Shown piece by piece: positions 9,867 to 20,086 of a stretch of DNA of 64,000 nt. Every line of letters begins with the position of its first letter. Positions within the stretch are counted from its first letter, which is position 1. The notes beneath the pieces are model-generated. The model was given only the letters and a program-made list of their open reading frames with translations, was not told the DNA's origin and did no database searches. This stretch comes from an uncultured Anaerolineales bacterium (GTDB taxonomy: Bacteria > Chloroflexota > Anaerolineae > B4-G1), in contig CAZEQC010000008.1 of the NCBI GenBank assembly GCA_964514285.1, positions 6,181 through 70,180 on the forward strand, in the 5' to 3' direction. A program made the position numbers and the translations under genes.

Positions 9867-9895
9867 TTGACAAGTTATGAACAACCTGGTATCAT
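9867..9895 (+). promoter_or_regulatory. sigma70-like promoter (TTGACA-N17-TATCAT) overlapped by 11-bp-phased ACA repeats (CarH-operator-like)
   Basis: -35 at 9867-9872 and -10 at 9890-9895. ACA at 9870-9872 and 9881-9883, and TCA at 9892-9894, are spaced exactly 11 bp apart. Confidence 0.45.
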
Positions 9896-9932
9896 ACCGA
9901 CTGATTGGAAGCATAGTCAAGTGAGGAATGGT

Positions 9933-11288
9933 ATGCCAAAGAATGCTTATCGAGATCCCATCTACAACCTGAAAGCCGTCGTCGAGAAGACGGGCGTCAG
10001 TGCTGACGCCCTCCGAGCGTGGGAGCGCCGTTACGGCCTTCCCAATCCTGCCCGCACCGAGGCCGGCCACCGCGTCTACTCAAGACGCGACATCGACATG
10101 ATCAAGTGGCTGGTCGCCCGACAGGACGAGGGGCTCAGAATCGGGCGGGCCGTCAAGTTGTGGCGGAGCCTGGAGGGGGAGGGACAAGACCCCCTCCTCA
10201 GCATGCCTTTCCCCTCAGAGGCCCGACAAGAGAGCGTGGCAGCGGGTGACACCATGGCTGAGTTGCGGGAGGCCTGGATATCGGCCAGCCTCGCTTTCGA
10301 TGAGAGGACGGCGGAACACGCCCTGACACGAGCTTTTGCCATGTACCCCCCTGAGGTTGTTTGCTCGCAGATCATCGCCACGGGAATCGCCGAGATCGGC
10401 GAGCAATGGTGTGAGGGTGAGGCCACACCGCAGCAAGAGCATTTTGCCTCACAGTTGGCGGTCCGCCGCCTGGAGAGGTTGATAGCGGCAACCCCGCCGC
10501 CCACCCGTCGCGGTCGAATCCTGACCGCTTCCGCATCGAGAGAGGAGCACACCATCGGTCTGCTGACGATGACGCTCCTCCTGCGGCGAGCTGGCTGGCA
10601 TGTGGTCTACCTTGGGGTTGACGTGCCGCATGAGCAGATGGAGCAGACCATCGAGGCTACACAACCAGATTTGATCGTCCTGGTAGCGCAGCAGCTTTAC
10701 ACTGCGGCCAGCGTCCTTGAGATGGCCCGCATGGCCCAGGATCAGGATCTGTCAGCAGCCTTTGGCGGCCGCATCTTCGATGAAGAGCCTAGGCTCCGGG
10801 AGCGCATCCCCGGCCACTACCTGGGATCGTCCTTTGAACAGGCGGTGCGGGAGACAGAGCGGCTGATGACCACGGCCTACGCTACGCCGGATCCGGAGCC
10901 GACGCCGGAGGCCTTGGTTCACGCTCGGGCCCACTTCCGCGATAGGCGCGTCGACATAGAGTCGGACATCTGGCAGGCCATGCACCCTCAGCCTCTGGAC
11001 CACGACACCTTGAACGAACTGAACCAGATGGTGGGCCGCAGCATCGACGCCGCCCTGAGGTTCGGCGACATAGAGTTCGCGGCACATCACCTCGACTGGA
11101 TCGAGGGGCTGAGCGAATGTCATCGACCCCCGACGGAGCAGATCGAACCTTACCTCCAGGCCTACCATCGAGCAGCGGAGAGGCATCTCGACGAGCGTGG
11201 GGCCGTCATCGTCGAATGGCTGGCGCAGCAGGTCGGACCCGCCTCCGAGGACGAGCAGGCTGACAAGGCCGTGGGAAGCGACGGATGA
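9933..11288 (+). CDS. CarH/LitR-type MerR-family regulator with a cobalamin-binding domain and an extra C-terminal domain of about 135 aa
   Basis: MerR HTH 'YNLKAVVEKTGVSADALRAWERRYGLPNPARTEAGHRVYS'. W-x9-EH motif 'WCEGEATPQQEH' (nt 10407-10442). B12 loop 'EEHTIG' (nt 10542-10559). ATG 9933 follows GTGAGGAA. Confidence 0.8.
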   Translation: MPKNAYRDPIYNLKAVVEKTGVSADALRAWERRYGLPNPARTEAGHRVYSRRDIDMIKWLVARQDEGLRIGRAVKLWRSLEGEGQDPLLSMPFPSEARQESVAAGDTMAELREAWISASLAFDERTAEHALTRAFAMYPPEVVCSQIIATGIAEIGEQWCEGEATPQQEHFASQLAVRRLERLIAATPPPTRRGRILTASASREEHTIGLLTMTLLLRRAGWHVVYLGVDVPHEQMEQTIEATQPDLIVLVAQQLYTAASVLEMARMAQDQDLSAAFGGRIFDEEPRLRERIPGHYLGSSFEQAVRETERLMTTAYATPDPEPTPEALVHARAHFRDRRVDIESDIWQAMHPQPLDHDTLNELNQMVGRSIDAALRFGDIEFAAHHLDWIEGLSECHRPPTEQIEPYLQAYHRAAERHLDERGAVIVEWLAQQVGPASEDEQADKAVGSDG

Positions 11289-11452
11289 TCACCGGACAGT
11301 GGCCCATGGTCATAGACACGACCCGGGTCGGCTGACCGCCCGTTGGCATCAGGTCCACGGGTGAGAAACTCGCGCTATGGGACATGTTCATCGTTGCGTA
11401 TCGGAGATGCCGAAGAGAGCTGATGCAGCAAGCCCAGACAGGAGGTTAGTAG

Positions 11453-12769
11453 GTGCAAAGACGTCGTCTCGCCTTGATTATCGGTTTCGTGTTCATTGAG
11501 CTGCTCGGCTATAGTCTTTTCTTGCCGTTGTTGCCCTTCTACGCTGGGTCTTTGGGCGCCAGCCCCAGCCTGATCGGTCTCCTCATCGCCTCCAACGCGG
11601 TGGCGCAGCTCCTGGCAGCCCCTCTTATCGGACGCTACTCGGATACCTGGGGCCGCCGCCCCATGCTCCTCTTCAGTATCGTGGGAACGGCCGCCAGCTT
11701 CGTCTTGCTGGCTCTGGTCGAGCCCCTCGGTCGCTGGACGGCTGGCCTCACGGCCGGCAGGCTCACGGTGGACGCTGCCGCCCTGGGTTGGCTCTTCTTC
11801 AGCCGCATTCTGGACGGCTTTGCCGGAGGTAACGTCTCGCTGGCCAGGGCCTACATCACCGACATCACCGATGAAGAGAATCGCGCCAAGGGCCTTGGGA
11901 TGATCGGCGCCGCTTTCGGGACCGGGTTCATCATCGGCCCCGCCCTGGGCGGCACGCTCAGCAACTGGCCCTACGTGACGCAGATCGTTGAGGGCATCGG
12001 TCTGTCGCGCTTTGCTGTGCCGGCCTTTGCCGCGCTGGCACTCTCGGTGATCAACTTCGTCGGCGTGGCGCTCTGGCTACCCGAGTCCCTCACGCCCGAG
12101 CGACGGGCCAAGCTGGCAGAACGGGCGCGGGCCATCCTTCCCATTCGTGCACTGCGAGAGGCCCTGGACCGCCCCCGCGTCAGGCCCCTACTGCAAACCC
12201 GCTTCTTCTACCGCCTGGCCTTCACCATGTTCACGGCCAACTTCGCCCTTTACACCCGCTTCCGTTTTGGCTTGACCGATCAGTCCACCAGCTACATCCT
12301 CACGTACGTCGGCGTCCTCGTCGTACTGGTGCAGGGCTTTGTCGTCGGTCAGCTCGTCGATCGCTTTCCGGAGAAGAAGATCATCGTCACCGGCGTGGGG
12401 CTGCTCGCCGTGGCCCTGTTCGGCTGGGCTCTCGCGCCTACCGTGGGCTTCTTGCTGGTCGTGCTGGCCCTCCTACCCCTTTCCGGAGGCACCCTGAACA
12501 CTGTCACCAACAGCGCCCTCACCAAGGCCGTCCGCCAAGAGGACGTGGGCGGCACGCTCGGGCTCTCCACCTCACTGGATAGCCTCACACAGATCCTGGC
12601 GCCCATTATCGGCGGGTTCCTCATCGACGAGCTCGGAGCGTGGGCAGTGGGCGCGGCTGCGGCCCTCACGATGGCCGGGGTGGTTCTCTATGCCTGGCGC
12701 TGCTTGGTCGTGAACGCCACCCAGTGCTGGGACGAGGAAGGCCAGGAGATCGTCGCCGAGACCGCATAA
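11453..12769 (+). CDS. MFS transporter (drug:H+ antiporter-like)
   Basis: 12 TM. 'GRYSDTWGRRPMLL' motif A and 'LDGFAGGNVSLARAYITD'. GTG start after AGGAGG. Confidence 0.85.
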   Translation: MQRRRLALIIGFVFIELLGYSLFLPLLPFYAGSLGASPSLIGLLIASNAVAQLLAAPLIGRYSDTWGRRPMLLFSIVGTAASFVLLALVEPLGRWTAGLTAGRLTVDAAALGWLFFSRILDGFAGGNVSLARAYITDITDEENRAKGLGMIGAAFGTGFIIGPALGGTLSNWPYVTQIVEGIGLSRFAVPAFAALALSVINFVGVALWLPESLTPERRAKLAERARAILPIRALREALDRPRVRPLLQTRFFYRLAFTMFTANFALYTRFRFGLTDQSTSYILTYVGVLVVLVQGFVVGQLVDRFPEKKIIVTGVGLLAVALFGWALAPTVGFLLVVLALLPLSGGTLNTVTNSALTKAVRQEDVGGTLGLSTSLDSLTQILAPIIGGFLIDELGAWAVGAAAALTMAGVVLYAWRCLVVNATQCWDEEGQEIVAETA

Positions 12770-12779
12770 GGAGACGAGC

Positions 12780-13256
12780 ATGGGGCGCCTGCGACCGGAG
12801 AAGCTGCACGTCACCTACACCTCGCACGCCGGACCTCAGGGCCCGATCATCCCGCGCTGCTATACGCTCACCCATTCGGACTGGACCGGCGATCTGTTCC
12901 TCACTGTTGGCCCCACATTCAACAAGAGCCAGATTTCGGGGCTCTATGTCCGCCTCATGCGGGATGAGGTTCTGGGTGAATGGGAGGAGGAGCAGTCGCA
13001 GTCAACCCCGGTCCTCCGCGTACACTGTCACGTCAGCGGTGGCGTGGCCCTCGGCCCAGCCAGCTTCCGGTTCGCCATCTTCAGACGAGAGCTCCCCTTG
13101 GTCCTTGAGGCGCTCCGTTACGGCGATCAAAGACTCTTCGAGGCACGACCGGCGTTGGATCAGGCTCCCATTCGGGTCCACTTTCACGCCGTTCAGCCCC
13201 GTTACGACAGACTCGATGACTGGGGAGTCCCCGGTGACTATCGATATGAGGGCTAG
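12780..13256 (+). CDS. Stay-Green (SGR) family protein, bacterial Mg-dechelatase homologue
   Basis: Collinear with the plant SGR core: 'PRCYTLTHSDWTGDLFLTVG', 'SQISGLYVRLMRDEVLGEW', 'LRVHCHVSGG', 'FRFAIFRRELPLVLEALRYGD', 'VHFH', 'DDWG'. AAGGAG RBS. Confidence 0.8.
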   Translation: MGRLRPEKLHVTYTSHAGPQGPIIPRCYTLTHSDWTGDLFLTVGPTFNKSQISGLYVRLMRDEVLGEWEEEQSQSTPVLRVHCHVSGGVALGPASFRFAIFRRELPLVLEALRYGDQRLFEARPALDQAPIRVHFHAVQPRYDRLDDWGVPGDYRYEG

Positions 13257-13288
13257 CGCCGTGCTTCCGCGGACCCAGGGCATAGGCG

Positions 13289-14182
13289 ATGCACACGAAG
13301 GCACAAGGTAGCATGCGCTACATCAAACGCTGGTGGTGGATCCTTCTCCTGATCCCGCTCCTGGCGATGGGCGGCTTCATCATCTGGGCCGAATCAACGC
13401 CCGCCCCCATGCCCGAGGCGACTGCGGCGTTGGAGACCCCCGCCCAGACCGACGGAGTCGTGGTAACAACCCGTGACTGGCTGGTCTTCCGCCCTATGGC
13501 CAAGGAACCGACCAGTGGCCTGATCCTCTATCCGGGCGGACGTGTCGAGGCTAAGGCTTACGCTCCGCTGGCTCGAGACATCGCCGCCGAGGGTCACTTG
13601 GTCGTCATCACCCCCGTGCCGCTCAACCTCGCCTTCTTTGCCCCGAACCGGGCATCCGAGGTGATGGACGCCTTTCCCAGCGTAGCCCACTGGGCGGTCG
13701 GCGGACACTCCCTCGGCGGGGCTATGGCAGCCCGCTTCGCGCACCGGCATCCATCGGCGGTACAAGGTCTGGTGCTCTGGGCCGCCTACCCCGCCGAGAG
13801 CGACGACCTGTCGGAGGAGAACCTGACGGTGGTGTCCATCTATGGCACACGCGACGGCCTCGCCACCCCGGAGACGATCGATACATCGCGCCCGCTGCTG
13901 CCGCCGGACACACGCTGGGTGGCGATCGAGGGGGGCAACCACGCCCAGTTCGGTTGGTACGGCCCCCAGAGTGGTGACCACCCCGCTACCATCACCCGGG
14001 ATGATCAGCAGCGACAGATCGTTGCGGCCACCGCCAGATTGCTGCAGCAGCTGCCCCGTGATGCACGTGATCCGAACGAGGCCCAGCGACACACTCACCG
14101 GCTCAGATCGATGAACCGGGATCAAACCATAGTTAGAATAGACGGACGCAGACGAGAGGCTGAGAATAAGAACGATGACTGA
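13289..14182 (+). CDS. membrane-anchored alpha/beta hydrolase (dienelactone hydrolase/chlorophyllase-like fold)
   Basis: N-terminal TM 'WWWILLLIPLLAMGGFIIW' and nucleophile elbow 'GGHSLGG'. Alternative start at 13313. Confidence 0.7.
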   Translation: MHTKAQGSMRYIKRWWWILLLIPLLAMGGFIIWAESTPAPMPEATAALETPAQTDGVVVTTRDWLVFRPMAKEPTSGLILYPGGRVEAKAYAPLARDIAAEGHLVVITPVPLNLAFFAPNRASEVMDAFPSVAHWAVGGHSLGGAMAARFAHRHPSAVQGLVLWAAYPAESDDLSEENLTVVSIYGTRDGLATPETIDTSRPLLPPDTRWVAIEGGNHAQFGWYGPQSGDHPATITRDDQQRQIVAATARLLQQLPRDARDPNEAQRHTHRLRSMNRDQTIVRIDGRRREAENKNDD

Positions 14183-15170
14183 CAACACTAAGAAGCGCCC
14201 CAAGGTCGGATGGTTCAAGGCTGGACTTATCGCCTTGAGCGTCCTCTTGACCGTCGTCCTGATCGGCCCGTTCCTCGTGCCGGTCCCGCCCCTGGAGGAC
14301 ACCGTCCCACCGGAGCAGCTGGCCGATCCCGAGAGCCGCTTCATTGAGATCAATGACCTGGAGGTGCACTACAAGACCACCGGCTCCGGGGAACTCAGGA
14401 TGATCCTCCTCCATGGCTTCGGTGCCAGCGTCTTCTCCTGGCGGGAGGTGATGGAGCCCCTGGGTGAGCTGGGCACTGTCGTCGCCTTCGATCGCCCCGC
14501 CTTCGGCCTCACTGAGCGCCCCCTATCCTGGGAGGAAGGCGCCAACCCTTACGCCCCAGAGGCCCAGGTGAATCTGGTGATAGGCTTGATGGACGCTCTC
14601 AACATCGACGAGGCCGTGCTCGTCGGCAACTCGGCCGGCGGCACCGTGTCCGTCAACGCCGCCTTGGCTCATCCAGACCGTGTTGAGGCCCTGGTCTTGA
14701 TAGACGCCGCCATCTACCAGGGAGGCGGCGCGCCCTCGTGGATACGCCCACTGCTGCACGTACCCCAGGTCGACCGCCTGGGCCCGCTGCTGGCCCGCCA
14801 GATCGCCGTTCGCGGGGATGCCTTCCTGGAGAGCGCCTGGCACGACCCCAGCAAGATCACCGCAGAGATACGCGCCGGCAGTCGCAAGCCGCTGCGGGTC
14901 GATAACTGGGATCACGCGCTTTGGGAGCTGACCAAGGCATCAGGACCGGCCAACCTGGAGGAAAAGATCCCCTCCCTCGACACCCCTTCGCTCGTCATCA
15001 CCGGGGACGACGATCGCATCGTCCCTGCCGAGCAGAGCGTTCGCCTGGCCGATGAGCTCCCGCAGGCCGAATTATCCGTCATTCCTGACTGCGGCCACGT
15101 GCCCCACGAGGAATGCCCAGAGCCCGTACTTGACGCCATGCGGCCCTTCTTGACGAGGTTAGAGGACTAA
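14175..15170 (+). CDS. membrane-anchored alpha/beta hydrolase (MhpC/pheophytinase-like subfamily)
   Basis: N-terminal TM, 'LLHGFGASVFSWREV', nucleophile 'VGNSAGG', C-terminal 'DCGHVPHEECPE'. Overlaps the previous gene by 8 nt. Confidence 0.8.
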   Translation: MTDNTKKRPKVGWFKAGLIALSVLLTVVLIGPFLVPVPPLEDTVPPEQLADPESRFIEINDLEVHYKTTGSGELRMILLHGFGASVFSWREVMEPLGELGTVVAFDRPAFGLTERPLSWEEGANPYAPEAQVNLVIGLMDALNIDEAVLVGNSAGGTVSVNAALAHPDRVEALVLIDAAIYQGGGAPSWIRPLLHVPQVDRLGPLLARQIAVRGDAFLESAWHDPSKITAEIRAGSRKPLRVDNWDHALWELTKASGPANLEEKIPSLDTPSLVITGDDDRIVPAEQSVRLADELPQAELSVIPDCGHVPHEECPEPVLDAMRPFLTRLED

Positions 15171-15220
15171 GCCGTACAGACGACAGACAGTAGGATAAGA
15201 GACCGAGAAACAGGAAACGT

Positions 15221-15919
15221 ATGAACAACGCCGATCAAGAGCAGGCCGACTTCATTCGAATCGAGGATCTTTGTAAAGACTTCCAGGAGGGGCCTCACGT
15301 GCGGCGCGTCCTGCGTGGCGTCAACGCTGCCTTCGGACATGCAGAATCAGTGGCTATCGTTGGCGAGAGTGGAAGTGGCAAGAGCACCTTGCTCAACCTT
15401 ATCAGCGGGATCGACGATGCCGACTGCGGCGCCATCTGGCTCGATGGTCAGAATCTGAACGCCCTTGACGAGCGCCAGCGCACGCTCTTCCGCCGTCATC
15501 ACATCGGTTTCATCTTCCAGTTCTTCAATCTGCTCCCCACGCTGACCGTATGGGAGAACGTCGTCCTCCCGCTGGAGCTGAACGGTATCAACGGCGCAGA
15601 AGCCCAGCAGCGGGCCCAATCGCTGCTCGATGCCGTGGGGTTGGGCGACCGCGGCGACTCATTCCCCGACCGGCTCTCCGGCGGTGAGCAGCAGCGCGTC
15701 GCGATCGCGCGGGCGCTGGTTCATGACCCGCGCCTGGTGCTAGCCGACGAGCCAACCGGGAATCTCGACGAGGAGACCGGGCATCAAATCCTCATGCTGC
15801 TCGACCGTCTCACCCGCCAGGCGGGTAAAAACCTAATCCTGGTCACTCACAGCGCCGACGCCGCGGCTTACGCCGACCACATCTTCTACCTGAACGACGG
15901 GCGGCTCATCGATGGCTGA
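15221..15919 (+). CDS. ABC transporter ATP-binding protein (MacB/LolD type)
   Basis: Walker A 'GESGSGKST', signature '[15 protein letters not shown]' and Walker B '[12 protein letters not shown]'. Confidence 0.9.
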   Translation: MNNADQEQADFIRIEDLCKDFQEGPHVRRVLRGVNAAFGHAESVAIVGESGSGKSTLLNLISGIDDADCGAIWLDGQNLNALDERQRTLFRRHHIGFIFQFFNLLPTLTVWENVVLPLELNGINGAEAQQRAQSLLDAVGLGDRGDSFPDRLSGGEQQRVAIARALVHDPRLVLADEPTGNLDEETGHQILMLLDRLTRQAGKNLILVTHSADAAAYADHIFYLNDGRLIDG

Positions 15920-18542
15920 GCGACTGATCAGCGCCGAGGGACGTCGACCGGATGAGCCTCGCGCCACGCTGGCTCCACGCACGTTGTGGAACGTCGGCTG
16001 GCGCTACTTCACGCGTCACGCCTGGCAAAGCTTCTTGATGATCCTGGGGATCGCTCTGGGTGTCGCCGTCGTCGTCGCCGTCGACCTGGCCAACGTCAGT
16101 GCCAGCCGAGCCTTCGATCTCAGCGTTGACGCCGTGGTTGGCCGGGCGACGCACCACGTCATTGGAGGGCCGCAGGGCTTGGACGATGCCATCTACGCTG
16201 AGCTCCGGCGGGCAGGTGTCGTGCGGGAGGCCGCCCCCGTCGTCACGGCCTATGCCACATCGCCTCAGCTGGAGGGACGCACCGTGCAGCTTCTGGGTGT
16301 CGACCCCTTCGCCGAAGCTCCTTTCCGTTCCTACGTCTCGGCTGGGGCGTCGACCTCCGTCACCCAGTTGACCACCTTCCTCACCAAGCCGGGCGCCGTG
16401 CTCATCGGCGCCAACCTCGCCGAGCAGTATCAGATCGAGCGCGGCGAGACGCTCCAGCTCGACGTGGCTGGTCGCCAGCGCACAATCGAAGTCGCCGGCC
16501 TCCTGGAGCCCAGTGACGACCTCAGCCGTCGCGCCCTGGAGGGCCTCATCATCGCCGACATCGCCACCGCCCAGGAGCTGACCAATCGCGTCGGCCGTCT
16601 CGACCGCATCGACCTGATCCTACCGGAGCCAAGCGAGGCTAAGGTGACCAGGATCGATGCTCTACTCGACAGGAGCGCACAAGGCACGGCCGACGTCCGC
16701 GTGCAGCCTGTGGAGACCCGCACTGGAGCCACCGAGCAGATGACGGCTGCCTTTCGTCTAAACCTCACGGCTCTCAGCCTGCTGGCGCTCGTCGTCGGGA
16801 TGTTTCTGATCTACAACACGATGACCTTCTCCATCGTCCAGCGACGTTCGTTGTTTGGCATCCTGCGTTCTCTCGGCGTCACCCGCCGCGAGGTGTTTGC
16901 GCTGGTGCTTGCCGAAGCCTTGATCATCGGAATCATCAGCGCAGGCCTGGGGCTCGTTCTGGGCATCGTCTTGGGACAATCGGCCGTACAGATGGTTACG
17001 CGCACCATCAACGATCTTTACTTCGTGCTCACAGTCCAAAGCGTCGACATACCCCTGGTCAGTCTGCTCAAGGGAGCGCTTCTCGGCATTGGAGCCACGC
17101 TGGCAGCGGCCGCACCGCCAGCACGCGAGGCGGCCACCGTCCCGCCGCGCGCCGCCCTTTCACGCTCTGGCCTGGAGAGCAAGGTCGAGCGAGCCGTCCT
17201 TTGGGCCGCCGCCTCTGGCGTTGCGCTCATCGCGGCAGGAGCCGCCAGCCTGCTCGTGCCTACCACGAGCCTAATCATCAGCTTCGGCGGCACCTTCTTG
17301 GTCGTTCTCGGCTTCGCACTGCTCACCCCTCTGGTGACCAAGACCTCGATGCAGGTCGTCAGACCAGGTCTACAGCGCGCTCTGGGCGTCCTGGGGCGCA
17401 TGGCGCCGCGGGATGTGAGCAAGTCCCTCAGCCGTACTGCCATCGCCGTGGCCGCGTTGATGGTCGCTATGGCCGTCACCATCGGCATCAGCCTTATGAT
17501 CACCAGCTTCCGTCAGACCGTCATCGTCTGGCTCAGTGACGCGCTCCAGGGCGACATCGTCGTCTCTGCGCCCAGCGTGTCCGGCCTTCAGGACGTGACA
17601 CCCGTCGACGCCCAGGCGGCGTCCGTCGCCTCCGGCCATCCCAACGTCGCCCGCGTGGATCTGCTCCGCTCGACCACGGTGGAGTCGCCCCGAGGACCGA
17701 TCGACATTGAGGCCGGCAACAGTCCAGACTATGGCGATGGCCTCCGCTATCGCGCCGCCGATCAGCCCCCAGCCGAGACGTGGGACGTCGTTCGCGAGGG
17801 GAGAGCTGTCATCATCTCCGAGCCTTTGGCTAATCGCCTGGACCTCTCGACCTCGGACGAGCTCCGTCTCTATACCAACCAGGGCCTGCGCGCCTTCCCT
17901 ATCGCCGGCATCTACTACGACTACGCCTCGACCGAGGGAACGGCCATTATGTCGCTGTCGACCTACCGTGACGCCTGGGACGACGACACCGTCACGGCCC
18001 TGGTCGTCCAACTCAAGCCCGAAGCCGACCCCGATCAGACGGCGCGAGATCTCGAGCAGAGCTTGGCGCCGATCCAGGGCCTGCTTGCCCGCCCCAACCA
18101 GACGATCCGCCAGGCTGCCTTGGCCATCTTCGACCGCACGTTCGCAATCACAGGAGCTCTCCAGGCACTCGCCACCATCGTCGCCTTCATCGGCGTCCTC
18201 AGCGCCCTGCTGGCCCTCCAATTGGAGAAGCAGCGCCAATACGGTATCCTGCGGGCTATCGGCCTGACCGTTCGCGAGCTCCGCAGCCTGATCTTCCTGG
18301 AGACCGGCCTGATGGGCGCTGTCGCCGGCCTCCTGTCTTTGCCTGCTGGCCTTGCCCTCGCCGTGATCCTGATCTACGTCATCAACCGCCGATCCTTCGG
18401 CTGGACCCTCCAGATGGTTGTGAAGGCAGCTCCTTTCTTGGAGGCGCTGATCGTCTCCCTGGTTGCTTCGCTGCTCGCCGGTATCTATCCAGCGCTCCGT
18501 ATGGGAGAGATGGCCCCAGCCGAGGCCCTGCGGTATGAATAA
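15912..18542 (+). CDS. ABC transporter permease with two FtsX-like domains (YbbP/MacB-like)
   Basis: 876 aa. Two blocks of 4 TM (FtsX/MacB_PCD architecture) separated by large extracytoplasmic domains. Overlaps the ATPase gene by 8 nt. Confidence 0.85.
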   Translation: MAERLISAEGRRPDEPRATLAPRTLWNVGWRYFTRHAWQSFLMILGIALGVAVVVAVDLANVSASRAFDLSVDAVVGRATHHVIGGPQGLDDAIYAELRRAGVVREAAPVVTAYATSPQLEGRTVQLLGVDPFAEAPFRSYVSAGASTSVTQLTTFLTKPGAVLIGANLAEQYQIERGETLQLDVAGRQRTIEVAGLLEPSDDLSRRALEGLIIADIATAQELTNRVGRLDRIDLILPEPSEAKVTRIDALLDRSAQGTADVRVQPVETRTGATEQMTAAFRLNLTALSLLALVVGMFLIYNTMTFSIVQRRSLFGILRSLGVTRREVFALVLAEALIIGIISAGLGLVLGIVLGQSAVQMVTRTINDLYFVLTVQSVDIPLVSLLKGALLGIGATLAAAAPPAREAATVPPRAALSRSGLESKVERAVLWAAASGVALIAAGAASLLVPTTSLIISFGGTFLVVLGFALLTPLVTKTSMQVVRPGLQRALGVLGRMAPRDVSKSLSRTAIAVAALMVAMAVTIGISLMITSFRQTVIVWLSDALQGDIVVSAPSVSGLQDVTPVDAQAASVASGHPNVARVDLLRSTTVESPRGPIDIEAGNSPDYGDGLRYRAADQPPAETWDVVREGRAVIISEPLANRLDLSTSDELRLYTNQGLRAFPIAGIYYDYASTEGTAIMSLSTYRDAWDDDTVTALVVQLKPEADPDQTARDLEQSLAPIQGLLARPNQTIRQAALAIFDRTFAITGALQALATIVAFIGVLSALLALQLEKQRQYGILRAIGLTVRELRSLIFLETGLMGAVAGLLSLPAGLALAVILIYVINRRSFGWTLQMVVKAAPFLEALIVSLVASLLAGIYPALRMGEMAPAEALRYE

Positions 18543-18592
18543 GACCACAGAAAAACCCGGTCCAGAAACGATCACGCCGTTGTCTGCTGGAC

Positions 18593-18621
18593 TTGACAGC
18601 AAGGGCAAAAGACGTCATAAT
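18593..18621 (+). promoter_or_regulatory. sigma70-like promoter (TTGACA-N17-CATAAT)
   Basis: -35 at 18593-18598 and -10 at 18616-18621, about 90 nt upstream of the PCD start. Confidence 0.4.
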
Positions 18622-18709
18622 ACTCTGCAACCTATCCAACGCCCGCAACGCTTCAGGCGGGCCGCTTTCCGTTAAAACAAAGCACCGAGAGCCGCAAAGG
18701 AGGCCACCG

Positions 18710-19057
18710 ATGGATCAGAAGCTAGCACAGATGAAATGCTCTGCCTGTCGCGGCGACGAACCGCCGCTGTCGGATCAGGAGCTCGAGCACTATCTCCCGG
18801 AGGTCCCCGAATGGGATCTGGTTGAGGAAGATGACATCAACAAGCTCAAACGTACCTTCAAGTTTAGCAACTTCGTCGAGGCATTGGACTTCACCAACGA
18901 CGTCGGTGAGGCTGCGGAGGAGGAGGGGCACCACCCCATCATCACGCTGACGTGGGGCAAGGCGACTGTCACCTGGTACACCCATAAGATCAAAGGCCTG
19001 CACGAAAACGACTTCATCATGGCAGCCAAGACAGACGACCTGTACGCTGACCACTAA
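18710..19057 (+). CDS. 4a-hydroxytetrahydrobiopterin (pterin-4-alpha-carbinolamine) dehydratase
   Basis: 'FKFSNFVEALDFTNDVGEAAEEEGHHPIITLTWGKATVTWYTH' is the PCD core (HHP motif). ATG 18710 follows AAAGGAGG. Confidence 0.85.
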   Translation: MDQKLAQMKCSACRGDEPPLSDQELEHYLPEVPEWDLVEEDDINKLKRTFKFSNFVEALDFTNDVGEAAEEEGHHPIITLTWGKATVTWYTHKIKGLHENDFIMAAKTDDLYADH

Positions 19058-19089
19058 CCTATCACCCCACGCGTGGAAACGAGGGTAAC

Positions 19090-19932
19090 ATGCCAGTAAA
19101 GATCGTCACCGACAGCACCTGCGACCTGCCCAGGGAGGTCGTCACGGATCTCGACATCACCGTTGTTCCGCTGTACATCAATGTCGGTCAGGAGAGCTAC
19201 CTGGACGCCGTCGATATGACGCGCCAGGAGTTCTATGAACGGCTCCCACACTTCGATCATCACCCGCAGACCGCCTCGCCCGGCCCCGAGATGTTTCGAG
19301 AGACCTACGAGCGGCTGGCGCAAGAAGGGGCCGACGAGGTGCTCTCGATCCATATCTCTATCAGCCTCAGTGGCACGCTCAACACCGCCAAACTGGCCGC
19401 TAAGGCCACCGACGCCCTCCCGGTCAGCGTCTTCGACTCCAAACAGCTCAGTATCGGCACGGGGTTTCTGGTGCAGGCAGCGGCCAAGGCTGCTGCTGCC
19501 GGGCAGTCCATCAGCGAGATCATCGAGATGCTTAAGGAGAAGACCAGGAGAACGCACCTCGCTGCCGCCCTCGACACGTTGGAATTCCTCCAGCGCAGCG
19601 GGCGTATGAGCTGGGCGGTCTCCAAGATCGGCGGCCTTCTCAAGATCAAGCCCCTCCTCACCATGCACGACGGGAATCCAGGTGTCGAACAGGTGCGCAC
19701 CAGCAAACGCGCCTTCCGGCGCCTGATCGACAAGCTGACGGACCTCGCCCCACTGGAGGAGCTGGCCCTGGTGCACACCAACGCTCCCGAGAAAATCGAG
19801 GAGCTCCGCCAACGGGCCAGGCATCTCTTCCCCGAGGGGAAGGAACCGGTCACCGTCAACGTGACCCCCGTCATCGGGACCCACATCGGGCCCGGGGCTG
19901 CGGGCTTCGCCTGCGTTTCTGCGGGCGAGTGA
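19090..19932 (+). CDS. DegV family fatty-acid-binding protein
   Basis: 'VKIVTDSTCDLP', 'TASPGPEMF' and 'SIHISISLSGTLNTAKLAA' are typical DegV blocks. Confidence 0.85.
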   Translation: MPVKIVTDSTCDLPREVVTDLDITVVPLYINVGQESYLDAVDMTRQEFYERLPHFDHHPQTASPGPEMFRETYERLAQEGADEVLSIHISISLSGTLNTAKLAAKATDALPVSVFDSKQLSIGTGFLVQAAAKAAAAGQSISEIIEMLKEKTRRTHLAAALDTLEFLQRSGRMSWAVSKIGGLLKIKPLLTMHDGNPGVEQVRTSKRAFRRLIDKLTDLAPLEELALVHTNAPEKIEELRQRARHLFPEGKEPVTVNVTPVIGTHIGPGAAGFACVSAGE

Positions 19933-20086
19933 CAATGACCAGACTCAGGAACGTGCCACCAACGTACGCAACCGTCGAGAGGAGCGCGTATTCGACGAAG
20001 AGGTATCGTTGTTGAACCTTAGCGGCGTCCTGGTCGCAATCCTCAGTCTGATTATGATCAATGTAGAATAGGAAACGCGAGGAACA

